NCBI GenBank assembly: GCA_965217205.1
Contig: OZ244254.1
Span: 2,161,493 to 2,225,492 of the forward strand
Length of the DNA: 64,000 nucleotides
Source: an uncultured Maricaulis sp.
Lineage (GTDB): Bacteria; Pseudomonadota; Alphaproteobacteria; Caulobacterales; Maricaulaceae
Direction: 5' to 3'
The notes under the pieces were generated by a model. That model worked only from the letters and a program-made list of their open reading frames with translations. It was not told where the DNA came from and did no database searches. This document shows positions 58,228-64,000 of the stretch, piece after piece. The translations under genes were made by a program, and so were the position numbers. Positions within the stretch are counted from its first letter, which is position 1, and each line of letters starts with the position of its first letter.

Positions 58228-60444
58228 TTACTCCGCCGCCACTGCCGCCGGAGCGCCGAAGCGGCCGTAGAAGGTCTCGCCCTTCTCGGCCATTTCGACG
58301 AGGAGGTCCGGCACCGCGAACTGGTCGCCATAGGCGGTTTCCAGTTCCTTGGCGCGGGCCACGAAGGCCTTGGCGCCGATGGTGTCGATGTAGGACAGCG
58401 TGCCGCCGGTATAGGGCGCGAAACCCCAACCGAGGATCGAGCCGACATCAGCCTCACGCGGATCCTGGACGATGTCCTCACCCATGCAACGCGCCGCTTC
58501 CAGCGCCTGGGCGTAGAGGATGCGGTCCTTGATCTCGTCGGCGCTGGGCTGCTCGTCGGCATATTGGCCGCCGGGCGCGAACTGCTCCAGCTCCGGCCAG
58601 AGACGCTTGGGCTGACCCTTTTCGGCCGGGTAGTCGTAGAAGCCCTTGGCATTCTTGCGACCGAAGCGCTCATATTCCTCGACCATCTTGAACAGGATCG
58701 GCTCGGTCTTGGACGGCTTGTGCGCGTCACCCAGATCGGCCTTGGTCTGCTTGATCAGCTTCACGCCGAGATCCAGCGCCACTTCGTCCTGAAGCGACAG
58801 CGGGCCAACCGGCATGCCGGCCATCCTGGCGGCATTCTCGATCAGGGCCGGCTTCACGCCCTCGGCAAGGAGGTTCATGCCCTCACCGATATAGCGCATC
58901 ACGCAGCGATTGGCGTAGAAGCCGCGCGTGTCGGAGACGACGATCGGCGTCTTCTTGATCTTGGTGACGAAGTCGATCGTGCGCGAGAGGGCATAATCGC
59001 CCGTCTTCTCACCCATGATGATCTCGACCAGATTCATCTTCTCGACCGGCGAGAAGAAGTGGATGCCGATGAAATTGTCCGGACGGGCCGACGCCTTGGC
59101 CAGATCGGTGATCGGGATGGAGGAGGTGTTCGAGCCGAACACCGCCGTGGTGCCGATCTGCTCTTCCGCCATCTTGGTGATCTTGGCCTTGAGTTCGGAA
59201 TTTTCGAACACCGCCTCGACGACCAGATCGACGTCCTTGATAAGGGTATAATCCGTGGTCGGCGTGATCAGGGCGCCCAGCTTGGCCGCCTTCTCTTCGC
59301 TCAGCTTGCCGCGGGCGACGCCCTTGGCGAAGTGGTCGGTGCAATGCGTCTTGCCCTTGTCGGCGCCCTCTTGCGTGGCATCGATGAGAACAATCTCGAT
59401 CCCGGCCTGGGCCGAGACCGTGGCAATGCCCGCACCCATGAAGCCGGCCCCGATGATGGCGATCTTGTTGATCTCGCCCTTGTCCTGACCGGCCGGACGG
59501 CGTCCGCCCTTGTCCAGGTCCTGCTTGGACAGGAAGATCGAGCGGATCATGTTGCGGCTTTCCGGGCGCAGCAGAAGCTTGGTAAAATACCGGCTCTCGA
59601 TGCGGATCGCCTGATCCATATTGACCTGGCTGCCTTCATAGACGCAGGACAGGATGTAACGCTGGGCCGGGTAATTGCCATAGCTGGTCTTGCGCAGCAT
59701 GGGCGAGGCGGCGCCAAACATCTGGCCACCGGCGGGATGGTAGGGACCACCGCCCGGGAAGCAGAACTTGTCGCCATCCCAGGGCTGTTTGGCCCCCTTG
59801 GGGTCTTCCTTGACCAGGCCCTTGGCCTTGGCGACCAGCTCATCGAGCGGCGCCAGGGCATCAACAATGCCCTGCTGCTGTGCGGTCGCGGCGTCGAGCT
59901 GCTTGCCCTGCAACAGGATCGGCGCAGCATTCATCAGGCCGACGAGGCGCGGCAGGCGCTGGGTGCCGCCACCGCCCGGCAGGACGCCGACCATGGCTTC
60001 AGGCAGGCCGAGCTTGGCGGAGGGATTGTCCGACGGCATGACGCGGTAATGACAGGCCAGGGCGATCTCGAAGCCGCCGCCCAGGGCGAGGCCGTTGATC
60101 GCCGCGGCGATCGGCTTGCCGCAGGTTTCCAGGGCGCGGAACGTCTTGTTGAGACGGAAGCATTGCTCGAACAGCTTCGTCTTCATCTCCTCTTCCGGCA
60201 GCTTGGCCAGTTCGCTCGAGGAGCTGCCCAGTTCGGACAGGTCGGCCCCGGCGCAAAACGCCTTCTTGCCCGAGGTGATGACCACGCCCTTGATAGCGTC
60301 GTCGGAGATAATCTTGTCGGTCAGCGCGTCGAAGTCATCCATGACCTCGGCCGAGATGACATTCATCGACTTGCCCGGGCTGTCAAAGGTGACCAGGGCA
60401 ATGCCGTCTGTATCGATTTCGAGTGTGAAGTTTTTCAAAGACAT
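58228..60444 (-). CDS. fadJ: Multifunctional enoyl-CoA hydratase / 3-hydroxyacyl-CoA dehydrogenase (FadJ/FadB type)
   Basis: 'FCAGADL', 'LGGGFE', 'GLPE', 'GAGFMG', 'EAVFE', 'SNTS', 'HFFSP'. Confidence 0.9.
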   Translation of the reverse strand: MSLKNFTLEIDTDGIALVTFDSPGKSMNVISAEVMDDFDALTDKIISDDAIKGVVITSGKKAFCAGADLSELGSSSSELAKLPEEEMKTKLFEQCFRLNKTFRALETCGKPIAAAINGLALGGGFEIALACHYRVMPSDNPSAKLGLPEAMVGVLPGGGGTQRLPRLVGLMNAAPILLQGKQLDAATAQQQGIVDALAPLDELVAKAKGLVKEDPKGAKQPWDGDKFCFPGGGPYHPAGGQMFGAASPMLRKTSYGNYPAQRYILSCVYEGSQVNMDQAIRIESRYFTKLLLRPESRNMIRSIFLSKQDLDKGGRRPAGQDKGEINKIAIIGAGFMGAGIATVSAQAGIEIVLIDATQEGADKGKTHCTDHFAKGVARGKLSEEKAAKLGALITPTTDYTLIKDVDLVVEAVFENSELKAKITKMAEEQIGTTAVFGSNTSSIPITDLAKASARPDNFIGIHFFSPVEKMNLVEIIMGEKTGDYALSRTIDFVTKIKKTPIVVSDTRGFYANRCVMRYIGEGMNLLAEGVKPALIENAARMAGMPVGPLSLQDEVALDLGVKLIKQTKADLGDAHKPSKTEPILFKMVEEYERFGRKNAKGFYDYPAEKGQPKRLWPELEQFAPGGQYADEQPSADEIKDRILYAQALEAARCMGEDIVQDPREADVGSILGWGFAPYTGGTLSYIDTIGAKAFVARAKELETAYGDQFAVPDLLVEMAEKGETFYGRFGAPAAVAAE

Positions 60445-60701
60445 CAGGATTTCTCCTCATCGGACGCGTCGCCATCGTCGGCGGCGTCCTGCTTTTTCTT
60501 GAGTTCTTTCGCCTTGGCAGCGCCGAAGGCGAGCGACATGGAGACAGCAAAGGCGACGCCCATCGACAGACCCAGGGCGAAATTATCCAGCGCCACGCCC
60601 ATGGAGACACCCAGGGCGATGCCGACCGGCAATCCCAGGGGCAGGCCCAGCTTGAGAATATTGGCTTCGCCTTGCGGCTTGTCGTTCGGGTCGTCGCTCA
60701 T
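60444..60701 (-). CDS. Small glycine-zipper membrane protein
   Basis: '[33 protein letters not shown]'; translationally coupled to fadJ. Confidence 0.7.
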   Translation of the reverse strand: MSDDPNDKPQGEANILKLGLPLGLPVGIALGVSMGVALDNFALGLSMGVAFAVSMSLAFGAAKAKELKKKQDAADDGDASDEEKS

Positions 60702-60703
60702 GG

Positions 60704-61909
60704 CTAGACCCGCTCGATGATGGTCGCGGTGCCCATGCCGCCGCCGACGCAGAGCGTGGTCAGGGCGGTTTGCTTGCCCGTGCGCTCCAGTTCGTCGAGG
60801 ACGGTGCCCAGGATCATCGCGCCGGTGGCGCCCAGCGGGTGACCCATGGCGATGGCGCCGCCATTCACATTCATGATGGAATGGTCGATGTCATAGGCCT
60901 GCATCAGGCGCAGCACGACCGCAGCGAAAGCCTCGTTGAGCTCCCACAGATCGATATCGCCTGCTTCCATGCCGGCCTTTTTCAGGGCCTTGGCGGTGAC
61001 CGGAACCGGTCCCGTCAGCATGATGGTCGGCTCGGAACCGATCGAGGCCATCGAGCGGATCCGCGCCCGCGGCTTGAGACCGGCACGCTCGCCCGCCTCT
61101 TTCGATCCGACCAGGACCATGGCCGAGCCGTCGACGATACCCGAGGAATTGCCGCCGGTATGGACCCAGTTGAGATATTCCACTTCCGGATAGCGCTGGG
61201 TGGCGACCGCTTCAAAACCGACAAAATCCGACATGTCCTTGAAGGCCGATTTCAGCGAGCCGAGGCCCTGCATGTCAGTGCCCGGACGCATGTGCTCGTC
61301 ATGGTCGAGAATGGTCGTGCCCAGCTGGTCCTTCACGGCGACGACCGATTTGGCGAAACGGCCCTCTTCCCAGGCCTGCGCGGCGCGCTTCTGGCTTTCA
61401 ACGGCATAGGCGTCGACGTCGTCGCGGCTAAAGCCATACTTGGTGGCGATCAGGTCGGCAGAGACGCCTTGCGGCACGATGTAATGGTCGAAGGAAATCT
61501 CCGGATCGACACCCATGGCACCGCCATCGGAGCCCATCGGCACGCGCGACATGGCTTCCACACCGCCGCCAATGGCAAAATCGGCCTCGCCGGACATCAC
61601 CTTGGCCGCGGCGACATTCACCGCTTCCAGGCCCGAGGCGCAGAAACGGTTGAGCTGATAGCCGCCCGTGGTCTCGGCATAGCCGGCATTGATCACGGCC
61701 GAGCGCGCGATATTGGCGCCCTGCTCACCAACCGGCGAGACGACCCCCATGATCACGTCATCGACGAGCGCGGTGTCGAGATTATTGCGGTCACGGATCG
61801 CGGCGAGCTGCTGGGTGGCCAGCTGCAGCGCGGTGATCTCGTTGAGCGCTCCATTCTTTTTCTTGCCGCGCGGCGTGCGCGTGGCGTCGAAGATATAAGC
61901 TTCTGTCAT
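60704..61909 (-). CDS. fadA: Acetyl-CoA C-acyltransferase (thiolase)
   Basis: 'NRFCASGL', 'NEAFA', 'GHPLGATG', 'CVGGGMG'. Confidence 0.92.
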   Translation of the reverse strand: MTEAYIFDATRTPRGKKKNGALNEITALQLATQQLAAIRDRNNLDTALVDDVIMGVVSPVGEQGANIARSAVINAGYAETTGGYQLNRFCASGLEAVNVAAAKVMSGEADFAIGGGVEAMSRVPMGSDGGAMGVDPEISFDHYIVPQGVSADLIATKYGFSRDDVDAYAVESQKRAAQAWEEGRFAKSVVAVKDQLGTTILDHDEHMRPGTDMQGLGSLKSAFKDMSDFVGFEAVATQRYPEVEYLNWVHTGGNSSGIVDGSAMVLVGSKEAGERAGLKPRARIRSMASIGSEPTIMLTGPVPVTAKALKKAGMEAGDIDLWELNEAFAAVVLRLMQAYDIDHSIMNVNGGAIAMGHPLGATGAMILGTVLDELERTGKQTALTTLCVGGGMGTATIIERV

Positions 61910-61981
61910 GGTCACTTCCTTTCCCTTGGCGGGGTGGTTCCCTTTATCGACGTAGTCATCTGATGAGGGCGGGGCGCGGGA

Positions 61982-62587
61982 CTAGTCATCCTCTTCCGCC
62001 TCGTCCTCGATCATGTGGTAGGCGACGGCATGTTCGCCGCGTTCATTGAGGGCGTGGGCGATGCGCAGACGCTCCTCCAATGGCTTGTTCTGTGAGAGCT
62101 TGGCCTTGCCCTCCAGGCGGTCAATCTCGAACTCGAAGGGCTGGATGGCCATTTCCAGCATGGCGCGACGCTTTTCTTCCAGCCGGGTAATGCGCCACTC
62201 GCTTTCAAAATCGGCGATCTGCGAGGACAGCGCCCGTTCGGCCTCGACGCCCTCAAGCGGTACCAGCGAGCCGAACGCATGCACGGCGACATAATTCCAG
62301 GTCGGTACATTCTCGTGCGGCCGCGAATACCAGGTCGGTGAGATATAGGCATGCGGACCGGTGAAAACGACCATCGCCTCCTTGCCCGCCTTGATCGCCG
62401 CGGCGGCCGGATTGGCCATGGCGACATGACCGATCAGGACCAGGCGCTCATCGGCCAGCTTGAAGGGGATATGCGTCGCCGCCAGGTCCGGCTCGCCCGG
62501 AATCAAGAGCAGACCGAAATCATACGACCGCATCACCGCCCGCATCTCGCTCTCGTCTTCCATTTTGAAATGTGTGGGCGTGTACAT
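61982..62587 (-). CDS. FMN-binding negative transcriptional regulator (PaiB family)
   Basis: 'MYTPTHF', 'GPHAYISPTWY', 'VPTWNYVAVH', 'KLSQNK'. Confidence 0.9.
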   Translation of the reverse strand: MYTPTHFKMEDESEMRAVMRSYDFGLLLIPGEPDLAATHIPFKLADERLVLIGHVAMANPAAAAIKAGKEAMVVFTGPHAYISPTWYSRPHENVPTWNYVAVHAFGSLVPLEGVEAERALSSQIADFESEWRITRLEEKRRAMLEMAIQPFEFEIDRLEGKAKLSQNKPLEERLRIAHALNERGEHAVAYHMIEDEAEEDD

Positions 62588-63012
62588 CAGGCGCGTTTCC
62601 CGGAAACGAAGATGAGGGCGACCAGAAAAGCGAGGCTGGGCGCCAGCAGGGTCAGCACCATCGGCACCAGCGAGTAGAGCCGCAATTGCGCAAACTCGGC
62701 CGGATTGTCCCCGCCGAGCAGGAGATGGGCCGGGATGGAGATCAGGATCGGCGCGGTGGCGATCACCCAGTATCCGACCAGCGCGGCCAATACGCGCAGC
62801 CGCGAGCCGAGCAGAAACGACACCGCCAGCGCAAACAGGGTCGCGATGACCGGTGGCAGGGCGAGGCCCAGCCAGTGCGGATAATCCTCCAGCGCGAAAC
62901 TCGCCCCGAACCAGATACCCGACCCCAGCCGCGCCGCCAGCACGGTGCCCGCACCGCCGGCGATTGCGGCGATGAGGAGGGAGCGCAGGGAGTTGTCGCG
63001 GCTGTCAGTCAT
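62587..63012 (-). CDS. Hypothetical membrane protein
   Basis: Four hydrophobic segments; stop/start overlaps with both neighbours. Confidence 0.65.
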   Translation of the reverse strand: MTDSRDNSLRSLLIAAIAGGAGTVLAARLGSGIWFGASFALEDYPHWLGLALPPVIATLFALAVSFLLGSRLRVLAALVGYWVIATAPILISIPAHLLLGGDNPAEFAQLRLYSLVPMVLTLLAPSLAFLVALIFVSGKRA

Positions 63013-63449
63013 GAGCCAGCCTCCGCTGCACAGCGCATCAGCTCCGAACGCCGCCCGTCTTCGTCTATTATGGTCATTTGATCGCCAAGCCGCGCGAAGC
63101 TGAGGTACTCGGTCCATGAGTGCGGAGGATGCACGATGAGTGTGTCGCAAGAGAGCTCTACGCGATACCCTCCGCCGAACACTTGCCTGTAAGCCCGGCG
63201 CACAGAACACCCGCCAGGAGCTGGGTGGCCATCAATCATATGCGCTTCGATGCCGACGACCTCATCCCCGTCGCACTGACCGGCCACCGCCCATTGGCCC
63301 GAAAAACAGCGGCTGAATTCCTGTTCATCAGCAAACGCGCGGTCTCGCCAGGTTGATACCCCGGACGCGCACGCCGCTTCGTCATGGGTCGGCACGGACG
63401 CACAGCCCGCCAAGGTGGCGGTGAACAGCAATGCCAAGGCACCTTTCAT
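63009..63449 (-). CDS. Hypothetical lipoprotein
   Basis: Lipobox 'LAGC'; starts 3 nt after the acyl-CoA dehydrogenase stop. Confidence 0.68.
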   Translation of the reverse strand: MKGALALLFTATLAGCASVPTHDEAACASGVSTWRDRAFADEQEFSRCFSGQWAVAGQCDGDEVVGIEAHMIDGHPAPGGCSVRRAYRQVFGGGYRVELSCDTLIVHPPHSWTEYLSFARLGDQMTIIDEDGRRSELMRCAAEAGS

Positions 63450-63451
63450 CC

Positions 63452-64000
63452 CTACAGCGTCCTCGCGATCAACAGCTTCATGATCTCGTTTGTCCCGCCA
63501 TAGATCCGCTGGACGCGGCTGTCGGTCCACATTTTCGCAATGGGATATTCGCGCATGTATCCATAGCCGCCATGCAGCTGGACGCATTCGTCCATGACCT
63601 CGTTCTGGGCTTCGGAGACCCAGTATTTGGCCATTGAGGCGGTGGCGGCGTCGAGTTCGCCCTTCATCAGGCGTTCCGAGCAATGATGGGTGAAGACCTC
63701 GGCCAGGGTCGCCTTGGTCTTGCATTCGGCGAGCTTGAACTGGGTATTCTGGAATTTCAGGATCGGACGGCCAAAGGCCTCGCGTTCCTTGGTGTAATTG
63801 ATCGTCTCGTGCAGGGCGCGCTTCATCGCGCCGACACCCTGGACGGCGATCTGCAGGCGTTCCTGGGGCAATTGCTGCATCAGCTGGATGAAGCCCTGGC
63901 CCTCTTCCTGGCCGAGCAGGGCGTCAGCGGGAACCCAGACATCCTCGAAGAAGAGCTCGGCCGTGTCCTGGGCTTTCATCCCGACCTTGTCGAGCAGGCG
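63452..64000 (-). CDS. Acyl-CoA dehydrogenase, C-terminal part; runs off the window end
   Basis: 'QDTAELFF', 'ERL.IA', 'QLHGGYGYMREYPIA', 'RIYGGTNEIMK'. Confidence 0.93.
   Translation of the reverse strand, partial: RLLDKVGMKAQDTAELFFEDVWVPADALLGQEEGQGFIQLMQQLPQERLQIAVQGVGAMKRALHETINYTKEREAFGRPILKFQNTQFKLAECKTKATLAEVFTHHCSERLMKGELDAATASMAKYWVSEAQNEVMDECVQLHGGYGYMREYPIAKMWTDSRVQRIYGGTNEIMKLLIARTL

Noticed and set aside
58564-60720. 718-aa antisense ORF over fadJ, and similar long antisense ORFs (44124-46058, 60770-61963, 9996-11231, 20996-22177)
   Set aside because: Shadow ORFs expected opposite real genes in a high-GC genome; no protein motifs

Overview
GC-rich alphaproteobacterial chromosome segment. 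Gene content and style suggest a Caulobacterales/Maricaulaceae-like organism (inference). It is mostly housekeeping genes: ubiD, ispG, ptsP, lysC, ubiG, grxC, comF, mutT, secA, accA, xerD, aroK/aroB, bolA, cobS/cobT, serC, thiD and a fatty-acid beta-oxidation operon. It also has a CsoR-controlled copper cluster, an orphan flagellin, a Flp pilin missing from the ORF track, and a soluble chemoreceptor with globin, MCP, CZB and PilZ domains. No tRNA, rRNA, CRISPR array, transposase or phage gene was seen. The most striking unexplained features are non-coding. (1) A ~820-bp composite element is present twice in inverted orientation (2611-3446 and 46187-47000). It consists of a GGGGACAG-ended perfect palindrome, a sequence-variable but structure-conserved slot, a ~300-nt multi-hairpin core with compensatory base changes between the copies, and two REP-like doublets. 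(2) A ~380-nt minus-strand region (about 57620-58002) is packed with repeated GNRA-capped hairpins, and lies downstream of a candidate promoter and three DnaA-box-like repeats spaced exactly 21 bp apart.
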